Below are positions 28,992-38,205 of a DNA stretch of 64,000 nucleotides, piece after piece. Position 1 is the stretch's first letter. Every line of letters begins with the position of its first letter. The notes below the pieces were generated by a model. The model made no database searches. It had not been told where the DNA came from and worked only from the letters and a program-made list of their open reading frames with translations. This stretch comes from an uncultured Ignavibacteriales bacterium (GTDB lineage: Bacteria; Zixibacteria; MSB-5A5; GN15; FEB-12), in assembly GCA_964464605.1 (NCBI GenBank), contig CAYXJN010000004.1:1-64000 (forward strand). The letters run 5' to 3'. The translations under genes were made by a program, and so were the position numbers.

Positions 28992-30612
28992 GGGCATGGT
29001 ATGCCTTTCATTCATACTTCTCTGTTCGATAAGCACGGCAATGACAGCATCGGTGCAAGTTGCCGATGAGTTCAAGTCGATGCGCTCTGAATTGCAGCGG
29101 ATTGTCGACAAAACAGTATCGTCTGATGAACAGCAGGCAAATATCATCGAATATTTGAGTCAGCAGGGATATTTACAGCCGTCGATAGTTGCTGATGCCG
29201 GTGGATTACGCATAGAGCCGGGAAAGCAATTTGTTCTCGATACGCTCATATTGAATCAGGATATCATTGCCGTCGAAACAATAAACCGATGTTTCTCCGT
29301 CCGGTTGCTCGATAGCCTTGCTTCTGTCCATGTCGATTCCCTTAATAATCTCGGTTGCTTGTATGCGAGTTTTACGGTTCAGGAGATGCGACTGCATGAT
29401 TCGATCGTTACGATTGAAGCCGGTATTATCAAAGGACCTTCCGTTCGCTGGGCAGATACCCGATTGGAAGGACTCAAGCGCACTGATCCGGAACTAATCG
29501 AACGATACCTGTCGATTTCAACGGATAGTACGATTTCGGAAGATGTCATTATCTCTGTTGAACAGGAAGCCTCGCAGATTCCGTTCGTTACTTTCGTGCC
29601 CCCGGCGCAAATCAAACCGCGTGACGGATACGAACAGGTGGATTTAGCGTTGTCGTTTATTGAAAAACGAAGTGTGTTGCTGAATGGCGGTTTGGGATAC
29701 GGCGGCAATTCACAGGATGAACTGATCTGGTCGTTGGGAGCCACGGTTGATAATCTGTTCGGGGATGGAAAATCAGCATCGGTCAAATCGGAACGACGTG
29801 AACAGAAACGGGAAATTTTAGAAATCAGCTACCGTCAGCCGCTTTTCCTTTTGCACGTCGATGATTTGCAAATTCGGGCGGCAACGCGTGATTTTCCGGA
29901 GAGCTTTGCAGAATTTCTGTTGAGCGGACAGTATTCGACTCGGTTCAAGCGGAGAATGACAGGGTCAACTTCGCTTACTTATCGCACCGTAAAACCGGCA
30001 GCTACAAATCCGTATCAAACCCTTGGTATCGACTTCGGTGCAGTCTGGTCACACACTAATTCCCGTTTATTGCCAACGCGGGGATATCGCCTCAATACAT
30101 CAGTTGCCGGAGTATGGCGTACGTATCAGCAGGGTGCAGATAGTTCAGCGATGAATGGCCGTTCATTCACCGATGTACGTTTGCATACCTCATTTGAATA
30201 TTATCAACCTGTTATTGCATCGCTTGGTGTAGCATCAGCGATTCGCTATTTCGGGTTGGAATCATCTGAAAACCTACCGCCAATTTCTGAACTCTTTTTA
30301 ATCGGTGGTCCGGGTACGTTGCGCGGCTGGAATCAGGATCAGTTTTCAGCAATTCGCTCCGCGACATTTTCATTCGAACCACGTTTGCATTTCTCCGGCG
30401 GGTATCTGCATCTGTTCTATGATGGCGGCTGGCTGCAAAACCGGGAAATGCGAAATGGAAAAACGGCGATGCGTGAAACCTATCATGACGGTTTTGGTTT
30501 TGGACTGTTTTTGCTGAACGGTCAAAAAGGACTTTCGCTTAGTTTAGGCTGGAACAAAACGCTGCGATGTAATGACCCGCTTGTCGGATTGTCACTCAGC
30601 ACGGACTTATAA
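28978..30612 (+). CDS. Omp85 (BamA/TamA) family outer-membrane protein
   Basis: POTRA-like LEGLKRTDPELIERYL; NLFGDGK; IGGPGTLRGW loop-6 motif; TTG start with AGGAG. Confidence 0.8.
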   Translation: MLRSKGMVCLSFILLCSISTAMTASVQVADEFKSMRSELQRIVDKTVSSDEQQANIIEYLSQQGYLQPSIVADAGGLRIEPGKQFVLDTLILNQDIIAVETINRCFSVRLLDSLASVHVDSLNNLGCLYASFTVQEMRLHDSIVTIEAGIIKGPSVRWADTRLEGLKRTDPELIERYLSISTDSTISEDVIISVEQEASQIPFVTFVPPAQIKPRDGYEQVDLALSFIEKRSVLLNGGLGYGGNSQDELIWSLGATVDNLFGDGKSASVKSERREQKREILEISYRQPLFLLHVDDLQIRAATRDFPESFAEFLLSGQYSTRFKRRMTGSTSLTYRTVKPAATNPYQTLGIDFGAVWSHTNSRLLPTRGYRLNTSVAGVWRTYQQGADSSAMNGRSFTDVRLHTSFEYYQPVIASLGVASAIRYFGLESSENLPPISELFLIGGPGTLRGWNQDQFSAIRSATFSFEPRLHFSGGYLHLFYDGGWLQNREMRNGKTAMRETYHDGFGFGLFLLNGQKGLSLSLGWNKTLRCNDPLVGLSLSTDL

Positions 30613-30648
30613 ATTGACCCGTATGCTATTCTGCTCTATTCTTTCCTG

Positions 30649-31497
30649 ATGGGGAACTTTACCTCCTTTTTCCAATTGATTCGTGTCATCAATTGCCTGA
30701 TTGCCGCCGCTGGTGTGGTAGTCGGCTCCTGGCTGACCGGATTTACGATTCAGTATTATGAAATCGTTGTAACGGCGATAGCCACATTCTGTATCTGCGC
30801 CGCCGGAAACGTGATGAACGACCTGATCGATATTCCGGTCGACCGGATTAGCCATCCAAATCGGGCTTTAGTGTGCGGAACTGTTTCCATGAAAACGGCC
30901 AGAGTGTACGCGGCTTTGTTCGCAGTTGTCGCCATTTGTCTTGCGCTAACCGTCAACCGGGCGGTGGTGGCATTGGCGGTTACGGCCGCAGTTCTTTTGG
31001 CACTGTATAATCTCTTTTTGAAAAATCAGCCGTTTATCGGGAATCTTGTTGTGGCGCTTTTGGCGGGACTAACGCTGGTTACCGGGGCGGCAGCGGTCGA
31101 TCCGGCGGTTGAGTTTTCATTGCCGAATCCGCTCTTGCCTGCCTGGCTTGCGTTGTTGATTCACCTTTTGCGGGAGATTGTCAAAGATATTGCGGACAGG
31201 GAAGGGGACGCGCTGGTCAAGGCGCGTACATTGCCGATTGTCCTTGGGGTAAAACAGTCGTTAAATATTGTTAATGCTATTCTCTTTCTGCTTATTCTCA
31301 GTACCTTACTTCCCGTGCTGTTTGGATGGTATACGACTGTTTGGTATTTGGTTTTGGTGCTCTTGCTCGTTGACCTTCCGCTTGTCCTGCTTGTAGTTTC
31401 GTGCCGAAAAGAGCCATCGCCACAGCGTGTCCGGCGGCTTTCTTCCGGCCTAAAAATGGCGATGGTTGCCGGGATGATTGCGCTATTAACTGCCTGA
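30649..31497 (+). CDS. UbiA-superfamily prenyltransferase, DGGGP-synthase-like
   Basis: LIRVINC, GNVMNDLIDIPVDRISHPNR, REIVKDIADREGD..RTLP; multiple TM helices. Confidence 0.8.
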   Translation: MGNFTSFFQLIRVINCLIAAAGVVVGSWLTGFTIQYYEIVVTAIATFCICAAGNVMNDLIDIPVDRISHPNRALVCGTVSMKTARVYAALFAVVAICLALTVNRAVVALAVTAAVLLALYNLFLKNQPFIGNLVVALLAGLTLVTGAAAVDPAVEFSLPNPLLPAWLALLIHLLREIVKDIADREGDALVKARTLPIVLGVKQSLNIVNAILFLLILSTLLPVLFGWYTTVWYLVLVLLLVDLPLVLLVVSCRKEPSPQRVRRLSSGLKMAMVAGMIALLTA

Positions 31498-31562
31498 GCG
31501 AAACGGAAACAATCCGGACAGATAGCAGTATAAAAAACCGTTGTCCATACACTGATGGAGAA

Positions 31563-32447
31563 ATGAAAAAACAGCCCTTTTACATAGTCGTTTGTCTTAC
31601 TGTTTTGTGTGCGGTAACCCTGTTTGCACAGACAGGTGGGCAGGGGATAACGGTCAGCCAATCCATTGACCGGACAACGATCCCGTTTGAAGAAACAGTC
31701 ACAGTCGACATTACCCTTACCTGGCAGGGTTCGCAATTCAGTTACCGGTTCGACCGTCCGCTGAATCCGCAGCTTGATCGCCTGAAAATCAAAGAATATT
31801 CATCGACCGTCAGTTCATCGGGGAGCGGTGAAACGGAAATGACGACCAAACGGTTTCGCCTGACACTTTCGCCGACTTCAGCAGGGAAAGCGGAGATTTC
31901 GCCGATTACCATCGCCTATCTGAAATGGCCGGACAGTTTGTCCGGCGAAGTGGTCACCGAAGCAATGAGCGTTTCTATTGCCGATCCGAAACCTGCAGCG
32001 GAAAATGAACCGATGCGGTTGGTGGATTGGGTAAAAATTATCGCCGCGATAGCGGCGCCGCTTGTGCTCATTGTTGCGTTTTATCTGCGTCGCAAACGGC
32101 AAAAAAATCAGATAGTGAAAATTACCCCGAAAGAAAAATTCCTGGCCGATTTGACCGTTTTGAAAAATGACGCAAGAAGTGATTTGAAAAAATTTCAGAC
32201 CGGATTGTATAAATTACTCAGTGATTATTTGACCGACCGGTACTATCTCACCACTGACCGGTTGATGAATGAGGATATCCCTACGCTGCTTGCGCAGACT
32301 GATTTGTCCGAATCGCAGCGTCAGCGGATGGGAAGTTGGTTTGAACGGGCGAGGGCCGACCGATTTCGGCCGGTGGATGCACAGCCAGGGGAGACGATTC
32401 GTTTAGAATCCGAGATCCGGCAGTTTTTTGAGCAGTTAACGAAATAA
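31563..32447 (+). CDS. BatD-like Ig-domain membrane protein
   Basis: Signal peptide, SQSIDRTTI..VTVDITL, one TM helix, C-terminal ADRFR helical region; precedes moxR. Confidence 0.7.
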   Translation: MKKQPFYIVVCLTVLCAVTLFAQTGGQGITVSQSIDRTTIPFEETVTVDITLTWQGSQFSYRFDRPLNPQLDRLKIKEYSSTVSSSGSGETEMTTKRFRLTLSPTSAGKAEISPITIAYLKWPDSLSGEVVTEAMSVSIADPKPAAENEPMRLVDWVKIIAAIAAPLVLIVAFYLRRKRQKNQIVKITPKEKFLADLTVLKNDARSDLKKFQTGLYKLLSDYLTDRYYLTTDRLMNEDIPTLLAQTDLSESQRQRMGSWFERARADRFRPVDAQPGETIRLESEIRQFFEQLTK

Positions 32448-32465
32448 TGATATCTGGAGAAACTC

Positions 32466-33455
32466 ATGTACGCGAACATTGAACAGATTCAGGCTTCGGT
32501 CGAAAAAGAATCTGCGCTTATCACCCGGCTGACCCAGCAGGTCAGTTCGGTGATTGTGGGGCAGAAGTATTTGATCGACCGCCTGATGATCGGCATGCTG
32601 GCGAATGGACACTTGCTTATTGAAGGTGTCCCGGGGCTGGCGAAAACGCTTTCGGTAAAAACGCTGTCGGATGCAATTCAGGCAAAATTCCAGCGCCTGC
32701 AATTCACGCCCGATTTGCTGCCGGCCGATTTGATCGGAACGCTGGTGTACAATCCGCAAACGGCGCAGTTCACGGTGAAAAAAGGTCCCGTTTTTGCCAA
32801 TATAATTTTGGCGGATGAAATTAACCGCGCTCCCGCCAAAGTGCAGTCGGCGCTTTTGGAAGCGATGCAGGAACGGCAGGTCACGATCGGTGATACGACG
32901 TACAAATTAGAAGATCCGTTTTTGGTGCTCGCGACGCAGAATCCGATCGAGCAGGAAGGCACCTACCCGCTTCCGGAAGCGCAGGTGGACCGATTCATTA
33001 TGATGCTCAAGATTTCCTATCCGACTCCGGCCGAAGAACGGGAGATTTTGAACCGGAACACGACCAACGAAACCGTTCGGGTCGAAAAAGTGGTGACGCC
33101 GGCCGAAATTATCAGTGCGCAAAAACTGGTGCGGACGCTCTATATCGATGAAAAAGTAAAAGAGTATATCATAAATATCGTCTTTGCCACCCGTGAACCG
33201 GAAAAGTACGGACTCGCGAAAATTAAGAGCCTGATAGGCTATGGCGCTTCACCGCGCGCAACCATTTTTCTGACGCTTGCAGCCAAAGCGCATGCATTCT
33301 TAAAAGGCCGTGGTTATGTGACGCCTGAGGACGTAAAAGCGATCGGCGCCGATGTACTCCGTCACCGTGTTATTCTCACCTATGAAGCGGAAGCGGAAGA
33401 AGTCTCTGCTGATAAAGTAGTACAGCATGTATTCGATGCCGTGGAAGTGCCATAA
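32466..33455 (+). CDS. moxR: MoxR-family AAA+ ATPase
   Basis: GVPGLAKT, RLQFTPDLLPAD, DEINRAPAKVQSALLEAM, NPIEQEGTYPLPEAQ. Confidence 0.95.
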   Translation: MYANIEQIQASVEKESALITRLTQQVSSVIVGQKYLIDRLMIGMLANGHLLIEGVPGLAKTLSVKTLSDAIQAKFQRLQFTPDLLPADLIGTLVYNPQTAQFTVKKGPVFANIILADEINRAPAKVQSALLEAMQERQVTIGDTTYKLEDPFLVLATQNPIEQEGTYPLPEAQVDRFIMMLKISYPTPAEEREILNRNTTNETVRVEKVVTPAEIISAQKLVRTLYIDEKVKEYIINIVFATREPEKYGLAKIKSLIGYGASPRATIFLTLAAKAHAFLKGRGYVTPEDVKAIGADVLRHRVILTYEAEAEEVSADKVVQHVFDAVEVP

Positions 33456-33464
33456 TCGACAACT

Positions 33465-34340
33465 ATGATACCGGCCGAAGTATTAAAAAAAGTCAGACGT
33501 ATCGAAATTCGCACCAAGAAATTGGTGAATGATCTCTTTTCCGGAGAATACCACTCCACATTTAAAGGACAGGGGATCGAATTCGAAGAGGTGCGTGAGT
33601 ACGTGCCCGGGGATGATATCCGTCTTATCGACTGGAATGTCACCGCCCGAGCCGGTCATCCCTTTATCAAAAAATTCAAAGAGGAACGTGAGCTTTCGGT
33701 GGTGCTGCTGGTGGATGCTTCCTCATCCGGCCGCTTCGGCACTAAAGAGCGCTTCAAAAGTGAAACCGCCGCTGAACTCTGCGCGCTGTTGGCTTTTTCA
33801 GCGATTAAGAATAATGATAAAGTAGGGATGATTATTTTCACCGATACGATCGAACGGTTTGTCCCGCCAAAAAAAGGACGGGGCCATGTACTTCGTTTGA
33901 TTCGGGATATTCTGTATTTCCAGCCGAAAGGAACGGGGACGAATATCACCGGCGCACTTGAGTATTTCAACCGAGTGATAAAGCGGAAGTCGGTTGTCTT
34001 TCTGATTTCTGACTTCTTGTCCGAAGGCTATCTGAAGCCGCTGCAGATAGCGAGCAAGAAGCATGATATTATCGCCGTCAAAATTACCGATCCTCGGGAA
34101 ACAAAGTTTGAAAACGTCGGATTGTTGGAGCTTGAAGATGTCGAAACCGGAGAGGTATTCGTTATCGATACCGGCTCATCTGCGTTCCGTAAAGAATTCG
34201 CCGCCAAATCAACTGAAGATTTGACCAATATCCAGCGTAGTTTCCGAATGATCGATTTGGATTTCATTCCAGTGCAGACGGATGAGTCTTATATCACGCC
34301 GCTTATCAAATTCTTTAAAAAGCGGGAGCATAGAGCGTAA
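33465..34340 (+). CDS. DUF58 family VWA protein
   Basis: FKGQGIEFEEVREYVPGDDIRLIDWNVTAR. Confidence 0.93.
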   Translation: MIPAEVLKKVRRIEIRTKKLVNDLFSGEYHSTFKGQGIEFEEVREYVPGDDIRLIDWNVTARAGHPFIKKFKEERELSVVLLVDASSSGRFGTKERFKSETAAELCALLAFSAIKNNDKVGMIIFTDTIERFVPPKKGRGHVLRLIRDILYFQPKGTGTNITGALEYFNRVIKRKSVVFLISDFLSEGYLKPLQIASKKHDIIAVKITDPRETKFENVGLLELEDVETGEVFVIDTGSSAFRKEFAAKSTEDLTNIQRSFRMIDLDFIPVQTDESYITPLIKFFKKREHRA

Positions 34341-34342
34341 CG

Positions 34343-35353
34343 ATGCGGTTTGTCAGACTATACATATTCGCATTACTGCTTGTAACTGCTTCTGCATGGT
34401 CACAAACGTCAACTGATACGCCTATTGATACGGTTGGTTCACTATCAGGAATTGAAGTGCGCACCTCGGTTGATAAAGCGGATGTCTATATCGGCGACCT
34501 TATCACCTATAAAATCGAAATTGTTCATGACTCTGGTGTCGATTTGGTTCCGCCACCCTTGGGTGCGAATCTTGGCGCCTTTGATGTCAAAGATTATCAG
34601 GCGGATGTTATCACTAAACTTGATGGTGGCCGGGTGCAGAGTACCAGTACCTTTGTGCTGAGTACGTTCACGACCGGTGAATATATCATTCCTGCGCTGC
34701 CGGTTTTGTTTTCATTGGCTGATGGCTCAAAGAAAGTTGTGTTGACTGAATCACTGCCGATAAAAGTGAATTCTCTGTTATTAAACGCCGGCGATTCGGC
34801 TGATATCAAGCCGCTCAAAACCCCGTATGAGTTTTTGCGCGACTGGTCAACATCGTTACGCTGGGTAATTGTCAGTTTGGTATTGCTTACGGTCGGGGCA
34901 TTGTTTTTCTGGCGCTGGTGGAAGCATCGGGTGCATCCGGACGGTCCTATCGATACGCGCACGCCGTGGGAAATCGCCTTCGCCGACTTAGCAGCGCTGC
35001 AGCAGAAACATTTGCCGCCTCAGAAGAAATATCGGGAATTCTACTTTGCGCTCACTGACATAGCGCGCGCCTATTTGGGAAGAATCTACGGATTCTCCGC
35101 GCTCGATATGACGACCGAAGAACTGCTCGATTTTATGAGCGGTATTCAGTTGCCGGGCGAATTGTACCAAAATCTTTCCCGATTTACCAAAGGGGCGGAT
35201 CTGGTAAAATTCGCAACCTTCGAACCGGAAAATGAGCGGATGGATGGGGATTTCAGTTTTGTGCATGGGATGGTAGAAGCGGTTCGCGCTGAGCATTTGC
35301 GGAAACTTGCTGAGCTGGCGGCGAAACAGGCAGCAGAGGAGAAGAAAAGCTGA
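34343..35353 (+). CDS. Bat-operon membrane protein (BatD-like/DUF4381-like)
   Basis: Signal peptide, Ig-like domain, TM helix, ALDMTTEE..ADLVKFA. Confidence 0.75.
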   Translation: MRFVRLYIFALLLVTASAWSQTSTDTPIDTVGSLSGIEVRTSVDKADVYIGDLITYKIEIVHDSGVDLVPPPLGANLGAFDVKDYQADVITKLDGGRVQSTSTFVLSTFTTGEYIIPALPVLFSLADGSKKVVLTESLPIKVNSLLLNAGDSADIKPLKTPYEFLRDWSTSLRWVIVSLVLLTVGALFFWRWWKHRVHPDGPIDTRTPWEIAFADLAALQQKHLPPQKKYREFYFALTDIARAYLGRIYGFSALDMTTEELLDFMSGIQLPGELYQNLSRFTKGADLVKFATFEPENERMDGDFSFVHGMVEAVRAEHLRKLAELAAKQAAEEKKS

Positions 35354-36393
35354 TGCTTGAATTCGCCGGTTTTACGTTTAATTTTGCCGACGGCTCCACC
35401 ACCAAACTGCCCGCGCTCTACATTTTCATCCTCGGCGGGGTAGTTATTCTGGCGATGCTTTTGTTCCATTTCCGACGCAAACGGACGCAGTCATCGGCGA
35501 TTAAATACTCCGATGTCCGCTTGGTAAAACGAGCCGCCCGTTCAAGCCGTCAACGGTTCCGGATTCTGCTTTTGTTCTTTCGTATTCTTGCCGTCGCCCT
35601 AATTTTTGTCGCTTTCGCACGGCCCCGCGCGGGAACGGAGTACAAAGAAGTCACCTCCGAAGGTATCGATATTATGATTTCCTTAGACGTTTCCTCGTCG
35701 ATGCAGGCGGAAGATTTCAAACCCCACAACCGTTTGTATGTAGCCAAAGAAGAAATCAAAAAATTTATTGGACGCCGCACCAACGACCGTATTGGACTCA
35801 TCGTTTTCGCCCGCTACGCCTATACGCAATGCCCGCTCACGACGGATTACGGCGTATTGCTGGGGTTTGTCGATCAGGTCGATTTCGGCACGGTTGATGA
35901 CGGCACCGCTATCGGGATGGGTATCGCAACGGCGGTGAACCGTCTGCGGGATTCTGATTCAAAATCGAAAATCCTGGTACTTTTAACTGATGGTGACAAC
36001 AACGCCGGTGAAATCGATCCGCTGACCGCCGCAAATTTGGCTATGGCGATGAATATCAAAGTCTATACGATCGGTGTCGGTAAGCCGGGGAATGCCATGT
36101 TTCCGTACATGGATCCGATTTTCGGTAAACGCTACGTGTACCAGCCGACGAAAATCGACGAAGAAACGCTGACCAAAATTGCCGAACAAACCGGCGGAAA
36201 ATACTACCGTGCCCGTTCCGGCGAGGAACTCGAACAGATTTATGCAGAAATTGATGGATTGGAAAGAACAGAAGTGAAGACTTCGTCGCACGTCCAATAC
36301 AAAGAGCTTTTCACCATTTTTGCCTATGCCGGATTATTGTGCCTGGTTTTGGAAATAGTATTGGCTAACACCTTTTTCAGAAAGCTGCCGTAA
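35353..36393 (+). CDS. batA: BatA VWA protein
   Basis: ARP, DVSSSM MIDAS, DRIGLIVF, GTAIGMG, LLTDGDNNAG. Confidence 0.9.
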   Translation: MLEFAGFTFNFADGSTTKLPALYIFILGGVVILAMLLFHFRRKRTQSSAIKYSDVRLVKRAARSSRQRFRILLLFFRILAVALIFVAFARPRAGTEYKEVTSEGIDIMISLDVSSSMQAEDFKPHNRLYVAKEEIKKFIGRRTNDRIGLIVFARYAYTQCPLTTDYGVLLGFVDQVDFGTVDDGTAIGMGIATAVNRLRDSDSKSKILVLLTDGDNNAGEIDPLTAANLAMAMNIKVYTIGVGKPGNAMFPYMDPIFGKRYVYQPTKIDEETLTKIAEQTGGKYYRARSGEELEQIYAEIDGLERTEVKTSSHVQYKELFTIFAYAGLLCLVLEIVLANTFFRKLP

Positions 36394-36402
36394 GGAAATA
36401 GT

Positions 36403-37425
36403 ATGCGCTTTGCCGAGCCGATGGTTCTTTTGCTCTTGTTGTTCGTGCTGCTGTTAGCCGGATTTGTTTGGGTAGCGATTTACCGAAAACGGGTGCTGCT
36501 CAAACGATTTGGTGACCTGCCGCTGATCATGCGTAATGCGCCGTATATCTCGTTCGCGCGACAGGCTGGAAAAGCGGCGATTTTGCTGGTTGGCCTCGCC
36601 TTTCTGGTTGTTGCTCTGGCGCGGTTACAATTCGGAACGCATATGGAGATGTTAAAGCGTGAAGGTTTGGATATTGCTGTCGCATTGGACGTCTCAAATT
36701 CGATGCTCGCCGCTGATTATGCGCCCAATCGACTGTTCAAAGCGAAACAGGAAATACACGGCATTATCGACCGGTTGAAAGGGGATAGAATCGGTTTGGT
36801 TGCCTTCGCCGGAGAAGGGTTCGTGCAATGTCCGTTAACGCTGGATTATTCTGCCGCCCAACTCCTCTTGGACGCCATGGATAACAGCTCGGTCTCAATT
36901 CAGGGGACATCCTTGACGGCCGCTATCAACACCACCCGGAAAATGTTCGATCAGAAAGAAAGTCAGTTCAAAGTGATGGTTCTTTTGACCGACGGGGAAG
37001 ATCACGGAGGCGGGATCGAGGATGCCGCCGAAGAGGCACGCAAACAAGGGATAAAAATTTACACCATCGGTATCGGAAACCCGACCGGGGAGCCGATTCC
37101 GATATTAGACCGGGCCGGAAATCAGATGGGATTCCGCAAGGATGAAAACGGCCAGATTATTATTTCCCGGCTGGATGAACAAACCCTTCAGAAAATATCA
37201 CTTACCACCGGAGGGAAGTATTATCATGCCTCGCCCGGAGAAATGGAGTTGGACCGGATTTTTGACGAAATATCCGGTTTAGAGAAAAAGGAACTGGAAG
37301 GAACCCTGGTGACCCGCTACGATGACCGATTTCAGTGGCCGTTAAGCATAGCGATTTTTTTCATCGTGCTTGAATTTTTTGTCTCGGAGCGACGTAAAAT
37401 AAAAGGTGCAACGGAAAATGCGTAA
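36403..37425 (+). CDS. batB: BatB VWA protein
   Basis: MRFAEP start, DVSNSM, DRIGLVAFAG, TDGEDH, GEPIP. Confidence 0.88.
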   Translation: MRFAEPMVLLLLLFVLLLAGFVWVAIYRKRVLLKRFGDLPLIMRNAPYISFARQAGKAAILLVGLAFLVVALARLQFGTHMEMLKREGLDIAVALDVSNSMLAADYAPNRLFKAKQEIHGIIDRLKGDRIGLVAFAGEGFVQCPLTLDYSAAQLLLDAMDNSSVSIQGTSLTAAINTTRKMFDQKESQFKVMVLLTDGEDHGGGIEDAAEEARKQGIKIYTIGIGNPTGEPIPILDRAGNQMGFRKDENGQIIISRLDEQTLQKISLTTGGKYYHASPGEMELDRIFDEISGLEKKELEGTLVTRYDDRFQWPLSIAIFFIVLEFFVSERRKIKGATENA

Positions 37426-38203
37426 ACCCTTCTTATATGCCCTTCTTGCGGCGGTCATCATTTCGCCGGTTATCAGCCGGGCGGATTATATCGATTTGGT
37501 TAAGAAGGGGAATGAAGCCTTCAACAATCAGGACTATGCCAAAGCGTTAGAGTTCTACCGACAGGCGGAGCCGGAGCTTCCGCTATCTCCGGAACTTGCC
37601 TACAACCTTGGCAATGGACTGTACGGACAAGGGGAGTATGAAGCTGCGTTGGAGCAGTACACCAAGGCCTTAAACTCCACCGATTTCAAAATTGCACAAA
37701 AATCACATTACAATCTCGGCAACACCCATTTTCGCATGGGTGATTATCAAAAAGCGATTGGTGAATTTGAACAGGCCTTAAAACTTGATCCGACCGATCT
37801 GGATGCGAAATACAATCTTGAAGTCTCCCGCAAAATGCTCAAAGAGCAGATCAAGCCGCAGCAGGGTGGGGAAGAGGATAAAAAGCAGCAACAACAGCAA
37901 CAGGACCAGCAGCAGAAACAGGATCAGCAAAACCAGCAGGACCAACAACAGCAGCAAAAGCAGGATGAACAGCAAAAAGATCAGCAAAACTCTCAGGACA
38001 ATCAGCAGAGTGAAGGGGATCAGAAAGATTCTACTGACCAGAAACAGCAGCAGCAAAAGATGAAGCAGGGTCAGCAGGGACAAAAGATGTCCAAAGAAGA
38101 TGCCGAGCGAATTTTGAATGCGCTCAAGGATGATGAACAGAAAATTCAGCAGGCGCTCAAACGGGCGCGCGGAGAAGCTGTCTATACCGGTAAGGATTGG
38201 TAA
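37418..38203 (+). CDS. batC: BatC TPR protein with Gln-rich linker
   Basis: YNLGN TPRs, Q-rich tract, AERILNAL, terminal KDW. Confidence 0.88.
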   Translation: MRKPFLYALLAAVIISPVISRADYIDLVKKGNEAFNNQDYAKALEFYRQAEPELPLSPELAYNLGNGLYGQGEYEAALEQYTKALNSTDFKIAQKSHYNLGNTHFRMGDYQKAIGEFEQALKLDPTDLDAKYNLEVSRKMLKEQIKPQQGGEEDKKQQQQQQDQQQKQDQQNQQDQQQQQKQDEQQKDQQNSQDNQQSEGDQKDSTDQKQQQQKMKQGQQGQKMSKEDAERILNALKDDEQKIQQALKRARGEAVYTGKDW

Positions 38204-38205
38204 GC

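Noticed and set aside
23917..35355. TGA stops at gene junctions (e.g. 23917-23919, 35351-35353) as selenocysteine codons
   Set aside because: They are TGATG stop/start overlaps with the next gene in another frame; the proteins look complete and no SECIS-like hairpin was evident
37855..38085. CAG/CAA-rich repetitive tract, and the Leu-rich antisense ORF 37778..38293
   Set aside because: This is the normal Gln-rich linker of BatC, not a CRISPR or mobile repeat; the antisense ORF is its shadow
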